A program made the translations under genes and the position numbers. Shown here in pieces: positions 50,248 through 61,947 of a DNA stretch of 64,000 bases (position 1 is its first letter; every line of letters begins with the position of its first letter). The stretch is from positions 4,176,510-4,240,509 of the forward strand of contig OZ316892.1 of NCBI GenBank assembly GCA_973895155.1, read 5' to 3'. This DNA comes from Marsupella aquatica. Taxonomy: Eukaryota > Plantae > Marchantiophyta. The notes under the pieces were generated by a model. It was not told the origin of the DNA and did not search any database. It was given only the letters and a program-made list of their open reading frames with translations.

Positions 50248-53200
50248 CTAGGATTTGTCACTTGCTATGCATGTCAAGAGATAGTCTCTTGCCTTGACAG
50301 CAACATTCTTTGGAATTCCTACCAGCCCTGTCACTGGTCCTTTGCGTGCTTTCAAACACCACAAGGCAGAGGAAACATCTATTGTCTCAGCTTCCTTGTA
50401 TATTGGAGTTGGATCACGTTCCCATTTCTTATCCCAAGAATCTGCCCACCGCTCTCTTGGCTGCCAGTCTGATTGACCACGTTGCTTCTTTGCCATAAAT
50501 GGTCTAAACCACTCAACGCCACATACATGAGTAAGAAGGTTTTGTTCATTCACTGGTCCTTCTACCACATCTGTAACAACTAACCCCATATGGACGGGAT
50601 AAACATCCAGGTCTGAGTCGTCCGGCCGTACCAACACATAACAGCCCTTCACAACATCAACCCTAGGGTTAAAACTCTCAGGAGGTTTATCTTTTGCTGG
50701 TCCCACATAATCCACTGTTGCCTCCAACTCACATGCCACATTTCGATATTCTGGTGGAACGTGCTCTCTCCATATTGATAAAGGCCAAAACCCGTATTCC
50801 AAGTTGTGTGCACCTTCAGGTTCATATTGCACCTGCTCACCCTATAGAGTATCTACAATGTCATTCCAATAATTGATGAGAGTTGTCCAACGTTGCTTTG
50901 GTTCTTCCTCTTTTGTTCGCTTTAGAATAAACTCAAAGAATGACACATGCTTCTTCAACCCTGTCAGCACTTCAGGAAGCATTTTCAACTCCATCATTGG
51001 TAGCCGTTTGGGCACCCCAATTGGGATGTGAGGACTTTTGTAATCTTTCCATGACCACATTTCAATACCTTCCTTGGGTAACCATCCCTGATCAGTTGAC
51101 TTCATTTTGTATTGGAAGCATGACATACTATCATGACGAACATAGAACCTAAACAACCTGGGTTTTAAATGCCCCACCAATGCCTCAGGGCCCTTCAACA
51201 TGAATGGAGCTAAGTAGTTTTTAAAATCTGGGACCTCCTGTAGAAAACGTGGGACTGCATTGGGTGTCCTTGCTCTCATGAACAAGGACATTAACTCAGG
51301 CAATGAGTATGTGGGGTTATGCATCATAGACTCTGAAAAATGCCCGAACATACCGTCAACGTCCTCATGAGTATGCCCAACTACCATAAAACCAAGATGA
51401 ACCTCTTCAAACACCTCCCTTGCCGTCAACAATGACAAATAAGCCATCATATATCTGTTCTTGTTGTCTGAGGCACAATTATCCAGTTGTAGCTTCAATA
51501 CTCGTGGAAGGGGCCTGAACTTTGGTGTCTCAGGTGCTGCATCACAATGTAACAATCTCAGAATGCTTTTAAATAAAACCCTAGTCAGACCCTAAACCCC
51601 AATTTAGGGTTTAGGGTTTAAACCCTATTAATGAAACCTTGGCTAGGAGGAGCAACAACTACACAAAGTAGAGTGTCAGTGTGTGTGAGCTTATATTATT
51701 AAATAATAATAAATTAAAGGATTGTGAGTAAAGTACCTAGGCTTGAGATGTAGGCAATGTCATCCTCAAATGCTCTACGGACACTTGCCTCCAAGATATC
51801 TGCTCTCCCAAAAAGGAGGTCTTTAAAACGACTTGTCGAGTCTGGCCCCTCCACAAGTGATTTGATCATTGGATTTGGGTTTTCCAACATCCTTAGTATT
51901 GAATCAATTGACCCAATAGTGATGTTGACATCACCTGGCCACACTCCAACATGATATTGGGCTATGGCCTTGGGACCATGACCATGAGTAAGGATACCAG
52001 TGACAGTAATTGGGAACTTTTGGGCACCATCCACATGCTTAGGATTGAAGGGCATTCTTGGGAGAGCTGTCTTTGAATGATCCATCTTATCATGAATAAG
52101 GCATAACACTTCCTTTGGACGATGGATGGACTCATATCTCCAGGTATGATAGCACATTCTTTGCTATGTGTGGTCTTGGTGATGTTCCTCCTCGTCACGC
52201 CTTAGGCCCTCTAACTCTTCCTTAGCTCCTGTAAGGTTTGCTTTCCGTTGAAGCAACTCACTACAAGTTGTACACTTTGAAAAGTTGTTGCCCTTTTTGT
52301 GACGTGAGAACTCCCTGAAATACATCTGATGTAGATGACTCAAGGTGGGTTGGGAAATTGGAGGAAGACCAGCCTCCTGGTTGACAACATTAACCCTGTT
52401 TCTAATATTCTCCCAAGTAAGATTTGTTGGCAATTCCCTCAAAACCATCCTTGTACTATCTGCCATGGTTCTCAACTTGGCTAGATGATGATCAACTGCC
52501 TCAATAATCTCTTTCATTGACATGAACGCTTGAGATACTTTCTCAGACATACGCCTTTTTCCAGCATTACCATGGGTACCTATGTTCATTCCAGCCATCA
52601 CAGTCTTCTTCAAGGCATAAAATTGAGTCTTTCCTCTTGAATGAATGATTCTCCATGCCTCCAAGCACAATACTTTGCCCTCCACTGCTAGAATCCTTTC
52701 TCCAATACCCAAGTGTATTGTATTTTTAATACCCTTGATTTCCTCCTCCTTGCGCTCCGCAAAAGATTTTGACCACCACTTTTGCCTAATTGCCATAGCC
52801 AAGTTGCGGTCCAAATATTGGCAACAATGTTCACTACAACAGTCCTTAGTGTTTATCAACAACACATCTTGACGTGCCAAAGATGTGTCTCTTCTAGATG
52901 TCTGGGAAGATGGACTCTTTCTTTTCCTACTTTTATGGACGTAGGACCGCTTGCCACTTGTTGGAGATGTGTTCCCTCCCACAGCTTGCCTGATGTTGTG
53001 GAAAGACAACAAGTTGCCATCCTTGGCAATGAGTTGGTCCATCGACCAAGCTTTTAAGCAATCTCTATGCTTCAGATGACCTATGGTAGCTCCCTCGACA
53101 AAATCGTTGATCAGAATTCCCACATGTGTATTCCCAAGGGTGACATCCCCAAGCTTCACTATAGGATCTAGAACATGTATAGTTGCCACTGCAAAAATCA

Positions 53201-53635
53201 ACTTGTTCTCATCCACCACCTTTACAGGCATGCCCATCCACAAGGCCTTTGGTAAAACTACTTCCACACCAGACCATTATGGTTATTCCCATCAGAATTT
53301 TGATTGACTGGATCTTGATCATCACCAACAGTGCCAAACACATCCTCCAATTCCATGGGAGCTCGAAAAAGCTGATTCCTTTCCCATACAAGGTAACCCC
53401 CAATCATGTCCTTCAAAAGTTTGCCATCTTCGCAAAGAATGGTCTCGTCAAAAACTTCCTCCAATAGAAGAAGAACTCTGTCCGCCCCAAGAGGAACATT
53501 GTGACAAACCCTGGAAGGATCAAGACTTATCACGTGACCTTTTCCAACCTGTTTCTCACGTATGCCTATAATAACTTGTCCGCCTTCCCTGATCCAGATT
53601 GTTGATGTCACCATAATAATTATGATCCTGCACAT
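50248..53635 (-). pseudogene. DUF7869/Sola1-like RNase-H-fold transposase, disrupted
   Basis: FSKCTTC, IHDKMDHSK, LQLDNCASDNKN, FMVVGHTHEDVDGMF; in-frame TAGs at 52164 and 50842, frameshift near 53260, intron near 51560-51737. Superfamily assignment is tentative. Confidence 0.8.
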
Positions 53636-53679
53636 CAGAGAATATCACTGTAAGCGTATAGTCCTGTCACGTCCATCAA

Positions 53680-54480
53680 TTTCACTGCACTGTCCTGTCA
53701 CGTCGGTCAATAAGCAGAATGTAGTCAATGCACTGCGCTGCACGCGACTGGTCGCGTGACCCTAGAGGTACCACACATACCGGCAACAGACTATGCATGG
53801 TCCGTCAGTCATTTCAAATGAATGAGAATGACCACAATCGATTATGATCAATCATTTCACATCCACTCAGAACAAATGAGTGGACAGTCAGTAACTACTG
53901 AGGACAGTAGTGCTAATAAGCGCCAGTAAAACGTCCGTGAACTGCATTGTCCTATCACAACCGTCAATAAGTAGGTAGAATGTAGTCAATGCACTACCCT
54001 GCACGCGACTAGTCGCGTGACCTTAGTCAGAGGGTGTAGGGATAACAGGGTCTATGACGTAGAAGCTAAAAGGCTAGGCCCAAACTCTAGCTCGTACTTG
54101 GTACTTCATAAGTAAGATACGATTGCGCGTGAGATAGGAAGATACAATTACGGATCTAAAGGCATGTCGCGTGACCTTAGTCAAAGGGTGTAGGGATAAC
54201 AGGGTCTACGACGTAGAAGCTAGAAGGCTAGGCCCAAACTCTAGCTCGTAATTGGTACTTCATAAATAAGATACGATTGCGCGCGAGACAGGAAGATACA
54301 ATTACGGATCTAAAGGCATCACACATACCGGTAAAGATTATGCATGGTCCGTCAGTCATTTCAAGTGAATGAGAACGACTACAATCGATTACGAACAATC
54401 ATTTCAACTCCACTAAGAAAAAATGAATGGACAGTACCAGTTTACCAATGAGTGGACACCGGACAGTCAGTAACTACTGA
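53680..54480. repeat. Composite direct repeats (154-bp tandem pair and others) with palindromic motif copies
   Basis: 54013-54166 matches 54167-54320; blocks at 53772 and 54320 match. Confidence 0.88.
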
Positions 54481-54796
54481 CCTTCATAAGAAATCTCAGT
54501 ACTTCACTAGCAATCAGTATTCCCGGGGCGGTCACCAAACATGAAATTAAAGCCATAATTAGAGGACAACTGAATTCCCGCCAATTCTAATACGCGCCAG
54601 TCAAACGCGCACCCTCTTCTAGAAACCACTATGTACAATGACTAGTGGAGACTAAACAGGAAATAAAGCATTGAGATGATCCCTATTGCTCATTCCCCCA
54701 CGCATTCCACTTTTTGGCTACTGGATAATCTATTCGCACATCAGCTCTCTCATTTCCAATTCTTAGTCTCGGTCAGCATCTCTTGTTTGAAGGGCG

Positions 54797-55339
54797 ATGA
54801 CTACTCCGCTGAGCTCGAAGAATGAGGATGTTTCGACGGACAATTCAGAAGGTTTGACGTATCGAATTCATGGTACTCCTTACAAAATGTGTCAGCGATG
54901 TAATATAATATTTACGGTGACTAAATCGGGTCAAATGTTTTGTGAGAGACGACATTGTTCACCACATTTATCGATGGAAGATCAGATGGAGACCAATCCG
55001 ATAGAGATGACTACAAAGATGGTATCAGAGGAGAAGTTAAAGGGCAAAGCCCTCGTAGAATCCGTTTCGAGGGGGGAGAAGTTGAAGGCCAGAGCATGCG
55101 TCGAATCCATTTCAGGGGAAGCAGCAGCAGATGCTAAGACAGTCAAGAAGGAGGCCAAGAAAGTGGATGCACCGAAGAAAAGGCAATTAGAGATGAACAA
55201 AGATTCTGATTTGTATTACAGAAAGAGCAAGCCGAGAAAATCTATGGACGTTAGGACTTGGGCAAAGGAAGAATTTCTGGATTCAAGGGAATCCACACCA
55301 GACACCGATGAGTGGATGCCTTCATCTTGGAATGACTGA
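54797..55339 (+). CDS. Hypothetical 180-aa protein with possible Zn ribbon and basic/acidic tail
   Basis: Open ATG ORF; CQRC…CERRHC; PKKR and RRKSKPRK NLS-like stretches. Confidence 0.55.
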   Translation: MTTPLSSKNEDVSTDNSEGLTYRIHGTPYKMCQRCNIIFTVTKSGQMFCERRHCSPHLSMEDQMETNPIEMTTKMVSEEKLKGKALVESVSRGEKLKARACVESISGEAAADAKTVKKEAKKVDAPKKRQLEMNKDSDLYYRKSKPRKSMDVRTWAKEEFLDSRESTPDTDEWMPSSWND

Positions 55340-55549
55340 CTCGATCGAAGTCAACAATATTTTGAGTAGTCAAAGATTAGAACTACAGATTCAAGAGTAG
55401 TTCAAGTTAGAACTTGTTATAGATACTGTGTAGCTTAAATTCCTGGATAGTGCTACTGGATATGGATTCCACATCCGAAGTCCTTCGGGATCAATGTAAC
55501 CATTTTTGCAATCAAGGAAAAATCGAGATTCCTCTGACTGACAATTTGT

Positions 55550-56500
55550 TAGGCTGTCGACTACAATAAACAATATAAAAAAGACCTGAGATAAATTGGT
55601 TCACGCGACTGTGCGCGTGATGAACTATATGTGTAACCAAAAACAGGTCATCCTACTAACAAGTTGAGATCAGGCAGATCTGAGAAATAAAGGGCGATTA
55701 CGTCTAAGAGTGCAGAGCTTTCGCTGACCTCTAAAACATTAACGCGACCGGGCGCGTGATGAAACGAAGACCTCAGTTTTAAAATATATTTCTAGCCAAT
55801 TTGCTAGGCAATCGACTACAATAAACAATATCAAGATAAATTGGTTCACGCGACTGTGTGCGTGATGAACTACATGTGTAACAAAAAAAACAGGTCATCC
55901 TACTAACAAGTTGAGATCAGGAAGATCTGAGAAATAAAGGGCGATTACGTCTAAGAGTGCAGAGCTTTCGCTGACCTCTAAAACATTAACGCGACCGGTC
56001 GCATGATGAAACGCAGAACTCAGTTTCAAAATAGATTGCTGGCCAATTCGCTAGGTTGTCGACTACAATAAACAATATCAAAAGACACGTGATAAATTGG
56101 TTCACGCGACTGTGCGCGTGACGAACTACATGTGTAACCAAAAAAAAGGTCATCCTACTAACAAGTTGAGATCAGGAAGATCTGAGAAATAAAGGGCGAT
56201 TACGTCTAAGAGTGCAGAGCTTTCGCTGACCTCTAAAACATTAACGCGACCGTGCGCGTGATGAAGCGAAGACGTTGGTTTTAAAATAGATTGCTGGCCA
56301 ATTCGCTAGGCTGTCGACTACAATAAACAATATCAAAAGACACGAGATAAATTGGTTCACGCGACTGTGCGCGTGACGAACTACATGTGTAACCAAAAAA
56401 CAGGTCATCCTACTAACAAGTTGAGATCAGGAAGATCTGAAAAATGGACCTCGATTATGTTTCGTTTTGCTAGGCCGTCGACTACAATAAACAATAGCAA
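55550..56500. repeat. About 250-bp tandem repeat, roughly 3.7 copies, two palindromic motifs per unit
   Basis: TCGACTACAATAAACAATA recurs near 55557, 55812, 56059, 56314 and 56478. Confidence 0.92.
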
Positions 56501-57909
56501 AACATACGGACAACTATACGCGTACGCCATACAATTTTAGACTAGAGAATTCATTCGGATCCTCTACTAGTACTTTTGATACATTGCTTCTGTATTGGAC
56601 TTGAAACACGGATTGATCAAAATCGGAGTGAGAAATTGGACCATAACTTCATTGACTCAATTCATGCATTGAATGCATGATTTAAGGCAACTACTCTCCT
56701 CATTTATTGCGGAATTAATGCTGATTGATACTTACAAGTTATTCAGTTGCGTGTGGTCTCAGCAATGTTGGCGGCAACCCTCCGATGTTGGTGGAAACCC
56801 TCCTCCCAGCCAAGCCTCTTCCTTCCAGTGTAGCCTCCTCGTCCCAGCCAACTAAGCCTCCTCCTTCGAACTCCAATTTCCTTGAGTATCATGATTGAAT
56901 CCCACCACCAGAGAATGACAACTTGTTGATTGTATCAAGATCAAAATCCTCGACCAGACTGTGATTTCAGAATAGCCCCTCTTTGTTGGTCCGCTAGAAT
57001 GCTTCGATGAATGAGGCAGACTATGGAGGTTCTAAATGTTTGTCGTCTCGCTTCATCGCAACTCTCCCGCTTGATCGGATGTGCTCTCCTAAGATTGAAG
57101 GTGATACAACAAGAACTGCGCCAGCATTGCTTGAATGAGCTCCGCCTCCGACTGGAATAGTCGAATGATCCAATCTGCTCCACCTCAAATGTGCCTTAGA
57201 TCAGCCTCCGCTGAGAGCCCAGCTAGTATCCTGGTCAGGAGAAACTGAAAATGAAGAATGATCCATGAGCAATGAGATCAGTCTATTGACTCCATGGAGG
57301 ATGTGTTCATCTGGACTCGATTTTGATTTTGAAAATTGGTTGAGTCTCCAGTCGTGAGAATCATTGTACAGGATTGATTTTGAATATCGGTTCTCCCCGA
57401 CTGTGAGAATCGTTTTACGTTGTTTAGAGTAAGGGTTTGAATTGGCAAGATAGAGAGTGGAGTACGGATCCAGATCCGACGGTCTCCACTACCAAAATGG
57501 AATGATTTTGAAGTTTGCCTCCACTACGTGATGGAACGATCGTGAGAAAGTTGTCGTTCGTTCACATTTTGGATTTGAATTGGCAGATATAGTGAAGATA
57601 CGGATCCGGGGGTCCCCACTAACAATCTTTCGCAGTTGCATAATTACCGGTTTAAATTTCAAATTGGCGATCAAATATAAATCTCCTTTAGTACGGCAAA
57701 TCAAAACGAATCCGGTAATCTTTTTTTCACGATTGCATAGTTTGTTCAGTCGATGGTGGAGTGTACGGAGATCATCTGGAACCTTCCTGTCGCTAGGCTG
57801 TTATTAGGGTTATGCTAAAACAATACCCTAATTAGTCCTTCCTTAGTGTCGGCGCCCACGGTCTCGAGTTCACTGTTCATTGTTGTTGTTTCTCACTCCC
57901 TAGACTTTC

Positions 57910-58143
57910 GCGCTCTTGCTCTCGTCGCTCTCGCTCTCGTCGCTCTCGCTCTCGTCGCTCTCGCTCTCGTCACTCTCGTTGCTCTCATCGCTCTCATCGC
58001 TCTCATCACTCTCGTCGCTCTCGCTCTCGTCGCTCTTGCTCTCGTCGCTCTCACTCTCGTTGCTCTCGCTCTTGTCGCTCTCGTCGCTCTCGCTCTTGCT
58101 CTCGCTCTCGCTCTCGCTCTTGCTCTCGCTCTCGCTCTCGCTC
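57910..58143. repeat. (GCTCTC)n/(GCTCTCGTC)n microsatellite
   Basis: Direct reading of the sequence. Confidence 0.95.
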
Positions 58144-59234
58144 CTGCCCTGGATTTCATTTTTGTCGTTGCAGCTCGTTTGTTGTGGTCAGGTGCTTGTT
58201 GGCGCGTTGCAGCTCTTAGTAGTTGTCCATCGTTTTGACCAGGAGCTCGTTGGCGCATTGCAGCTCGCATTTACAGCTCGTATTCACTTCTAGTTTGCTA
58301 GTTCGTTGCAGCTAGCTTTTTGGGAGTGCTTGTATCAGCTCGTGTCAGCCAATTTTAAGCTCATATCAGCTCGATCAACGTGTTTCAGCAGCTCAAACTA
58401 CTTTTTGGCAGCTTGTTTTAGCTCCTTCCATTCAGCATTCAGGTTTGTTTCACCTCTTTGAATCTTCAGGTTTAGTGCGCTTTTATTCATGCTCAGTTTG
58501 CCTATCCATAGCTTTGATTGTACTTCTGAAAGAGTCTTTTTAACTCGACATAATGAGCTCCTTAGCATTAAGCACATGTTATTCAATTGGTGGCAGCGAA
58601 GCTCTATGTATAGAAGTATAGAAGCTGTGTTGTTGTTGCTTAGCATATTAATATCTTCAATCTTATATTTACTTTCTGGAATGCCGCAACAAGGTCTTCA
58701 AGTGCTTGGACGTCAATCTCTCAGATGATTACATCAATTTTTCAGAATTTAGGTGCAATTTCTACATTTTCTGCTGGTGTTGATTGTGGTTTGCTAAAAT
58801 TTCTCTTGATTGTTAAGCTGAGTTTTCATAATGCGGTTTTTTTGTAAACTCAAATATGTGTGAATCATACAAACTCACTAATTAAAATACAACCTGAATC
58901 ATCTTAAGTAAGTCATTACAAACTTGCACGCTGTGAATTTAATCATATAAACTCTCATGTTATGTGAATCTCATTACACTGAATCCTTTAATTGACGAAT
59001 ACAACCAGTAGACTGCTAAATTGAATCATCTTAGCTGGATCATTCTCTAAACTTCTGATATATAATAGTTTCACAATGACAAAGCTCAAACATCTGAATT
59101 ATTGTAAAGTTCATGAATGAATACAAATGAATGAATACAAATGAATGAAATCATGCTTACTCGGATTTCCTTGTCCGTACGGGTCAGTAATCACAGTTGT
59201 ATCACTGTATTATCCTATTGTCCAAAAGTTGTTT

Positions 59235-60085
59235 GAGCTGTTGACGCGACCAGTTGCGTGAAAATATTGTGAGGTTCCTTTTAGGACCAGTTGACGCGAC
59301 CAATCGCGTGTGAGAAGGAAACTGGATAGATTTATTGAGCGCGTACCATATCCAAATCTCCACAAGGAAGGTTCAGTGGATATAGTTGATTAGGTTCAGT
59401 TGACGCGACCAGTCGCGTCAAGTAGCTCTCTCATTGACTGGTTCTGTTAGAGGAGGTAAGGTTCCTTTTAGGACCAGTTGACGCGACCAGTCGCGTGTCA
59501 GAAGGAAACAGGATAGATTTACTGAGCGCGTACCATATCCAAATCTCCACAAGGAAGGTTCAGTGGATATAGTTGTTTAGGTTCAGTTGATGCGACCAGT
59601 CGCGTCTGAGGTAGCTCTCTCATTGACTGGTTCAGTTAGAGGAGGTAAGGTTCCTTTTAGGACCAGTTGACGTGACCAGTCGCATGTGAGAAGGAAACTG
59701 GATAGATTTACTGAGCACGTACCATATTGAAATCTCCACAAGGAAGGTTCAGTGGATATAGTTGTTTAGGTTTAGGTGACGCGACCAGTCGCGTCTGAGG
59801 TAGCTCTCTCATTGACTGGTTCTGTTAGAGGAGGTAAAGTTCCTTTTAGGACCAGTTGACTCGCGTCTGAGGTAGATCTCTCATTGACTGGTTCTGTTAG
59901 AGGAGGTAAGGTTTCATTTAGGAGCAGTTGACGCGACCATTCGCGTCTGAGGTAGCTCTCTCATTGACTGGTTCTGTTAGAGGACGAAGCAACATTTATG
60001 ATTTGTCACGTTGTGACCCAAAAAAATCAGTCTCTCAAAGAATTGTTTATACATTCTGATTTGTAGACGCGACCAGTCGCGTGAA
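59235..60085. repeat. About 185-bp tandem repeat array rich in ACGCGACCAGTCGCGT
   Basis: AGGTTCCTTTTAGGACCAGTTGAC recurs near 59272, 59460, 59649 and 59838, plus partial units. Confidence 0.92.
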
Positions 60086-60123
60086 AATAATCTCTGGGAT
60101 ATATCATTTGGCTGAAAAGAGTC

Positions 60124-60675
60124 ATGGGCGAACCTGGTCTGGAGAGCTTCAGATATCTATGCCCAATATTTGATGTTTTGGACAGAAGCCAAGATGGTCT
60201 ACTAGCGGGATATTCTGTATTTGTTGAAACACTACTACCTGGACTTCCAGATTTCATTGTCGCGGAATTGATATGGCCTCGGATCAAGGAGACTTTTAAT
60301 TCCTCGACTAATGCAGGAAATTTCTCAATAAAGGAATTGGATGAGTTTGTAGGACTATCTTCGGTGTGTCGCAGATGGCGCCACCTTGTTGGGAATACCT
60401 ATCTTCTAGGTGTAATCAAGTTGAGTTTATTAGATTTGGCTTTCCCAGGAAATCCTACTAAACCGATCGGAAATGAGTCTCTCTCATCGATAGTTCAAAG
60501 TTTCTTCCAGAAATACCCAAGAATTAAATTCATGGGGTCAATGTCCAGAGATCTTAGGGAACTCTTCACGAAGACTTACGATGCTCTTCACCCTCTTGAA
60601 AAATGGAAATTTACAGTCAGATGCCACGAAGTTGGATACCTTGAGGGTGACATCTATGCTTTTAAGGAATTCTAG
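60124..60675 (+). CDS. Small F-box-like protein 1 (183 aa)
   Basis: LLPGLPDFIVAELIWPRI…LSSVCRRWRHLV. Confidence 0.75.
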   Translation: MGEPGLESFRYLCPIFDVLDRSQDGLLAGYSVFVETLLPGLPDFIVAELIWPRIKETFNSSTNAGNFSIKELDEFVGLSSVCRRWRHLVGNTYLLGVIKLSLLDLAFPGNPTKPIGNESLSSIVQSFFQKYPRIKFMGSMSRDLRELFTKTYDALHPLEKWKFTVRCHEVGYLEGDIYAFKEF

Positions 60676-60740
60676 TTAACTTACGTGACCAAGCGCGTCG
60701 TATGTCTTCTAACAATGTTTTGTGATATGATAAAAGCAGG

Positions 60741-61247
60741 ATGAGCCAACTTTTGAATGAGGCTCGAGATTTCCTTTCATCTCATGAAAAGAAACAGAAA
60801 ACAATATGGGATACGCTGGATGAAACCTCCTCTAGTCTCATTGGAGGAATACCAGATGTTTTGGTCATTTCAAACATTTGGCCAATACTCTACGAACACT
60901 TTATTTCAATTGAAAGATTGCGTGGATATCGACACCTCGATAACGATTTGGTTATCGATAGGGTCCGAGACCTTATTCCGCTTGGAGCTTGTAGCAAGAA
61001 GTGGAACTTTTTAGTTACAAATACAAGGTTATGGGCTATTCTCAAACAAGCAAACCGGATTGTCGATGTCGCAAATGATGCTCTTTACGACATACTCGAA
61101 ACTGACGAGTTGGAGTTTGACTCAGTCTGTCGAGTTATTCGACAGGATATTTTTATGCTTCCAGAAATATCTGTTCTTGGGACTACTACTTCTGATGAAA
61201 TCGCATTGTTTACGAACAAATATAACAATTTAGATGAGGAAGAATGA
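60741..61247 (+). CDS. Small F-box-like protein 2 (168 aa; stop may be premature)
   Basis: LIGGIPDVLVISNIWPIL…LGACSKKWNFLVTNTRLW. Confidence 0.72.
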   Translation: MSQLLNEARDFLSSHEKKQKTIWDTLDETSSSLIGGIPDVLVISNIWPILYEHFISIERLRGYRHLDNDLVIDRVRDLIPLGACSKKWNFLVTNTRLWAILKQANRIVDVANDALYDILETDELEFDSVCRVIRQDIFMLPEISVLGTTTSDEIALFTNKYNNLDEEE

Positions 61248-61341
61248 GATGTCCTAATCGAAAGGTTTGGTAGATTTTCTCAGAATCTCGGTGGTCCCAG
61301 TTCTTAATGGATAGGTTCTTGTTCTTAATCTTTTCCATATT

Positions 61342-61872
61342 ATGCTGCAGTCCTTTGACATGAATCAAAAATCTCATCATCAAATGATGATGGAGCGCAT
61401 TGCACGTGCAAAGGTTATCAACCGAAACATGATATGGAGTCAAGCTGAAGACCTGATACCCGGTCTTCCGGACGATATTGTCGAGAAATATATTTGGCCA
61501 TTAGTCAAAGAGTTTTTCCACTGTCTTGGGAATTTGTCGGATACTGCGATTAAAAATTGGGTCATGGACTTTATCGCCATTCGAATAGTCAGTAAGAAGT
61601 GGTGCCACATAGTTACTTATAGTAGTACTTGGGCGACGGTCACCTTGGTAGCTTACGACTTCATTGATAGACCAGGATATGAATCGCTTCGAAGGCATTT
61701 GACTTCATGGAGTGTAGCATTAAGATTTACAGAATCCATTAGAACTCTCCCGCCGCTGGACATTTTGGGTGGATTTGAAGGATCTGAACTTGACACATTT
61801 AGGAACCTTTGGTTTTGGTTAGATGAAGATGAGCGAGAAGATTGGGTCAGGATAAATGTTCCTAAAATGTAA
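61342..61872 (+). CDS. Small F-box-like protein 3 (176 aa)
   Basis: LIPGLPDDIVEKYIWPLV…IRIVSKKWCHIVTYSSTW. Confidence 0.78.
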   Translation: MLQSFDMNQKSHHQMMMERIARAKVINRNMIWSQAEDLIPGLPDDIVEKYIWPLVKEFFHCLGNLSDTAIKNWVMDFIAIRIVSKKWCHIVTYSSTWATVTLVAYDFIDRPGYESLRRHLTSWSVALRFTESIRTLPPLDILGGFEGSELDTFRNLWFWLDEDEREDWVRINVPKM

Positions 61873-61947
61873 TTCGGCACGACGCGACCATGCGCGTGTT
61901 AGTATTTTATAATAAACGTTTAACTTTCAATATTTGTCTGTTTCAGA

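Noticed and set aside
51576-51627. Telomere-like repeats in both orientations as a second fusion site
   Set aside because: Short, inside a probable intron with colinear coding sequence on both sides; AAACCCTA motifs are scattered elsewhere (about 7010, 22244, 29423).
54574-54582. E2F-like site ATTCCCGCC upstream of the 54797 ORF
   Set aside because: A single short match is expected by chance; no supporting evidence.
57846-58293. Arg-Ala (protamine-like) or Leu-Ala membrane-protein ORFs
   Set aside because: The microsatellite is open in several frames. An ER-rich coiled-coil frame linked to 58398-58646 is possible, but I could not build a credible gene.
59235-60085. Palindrome-containing arrays as CRISPR or integron attC sites
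   Set aside because: Intervening sequences repeat rather than being unique spacers, and no cas or tyrosine recombinase gene is seen.
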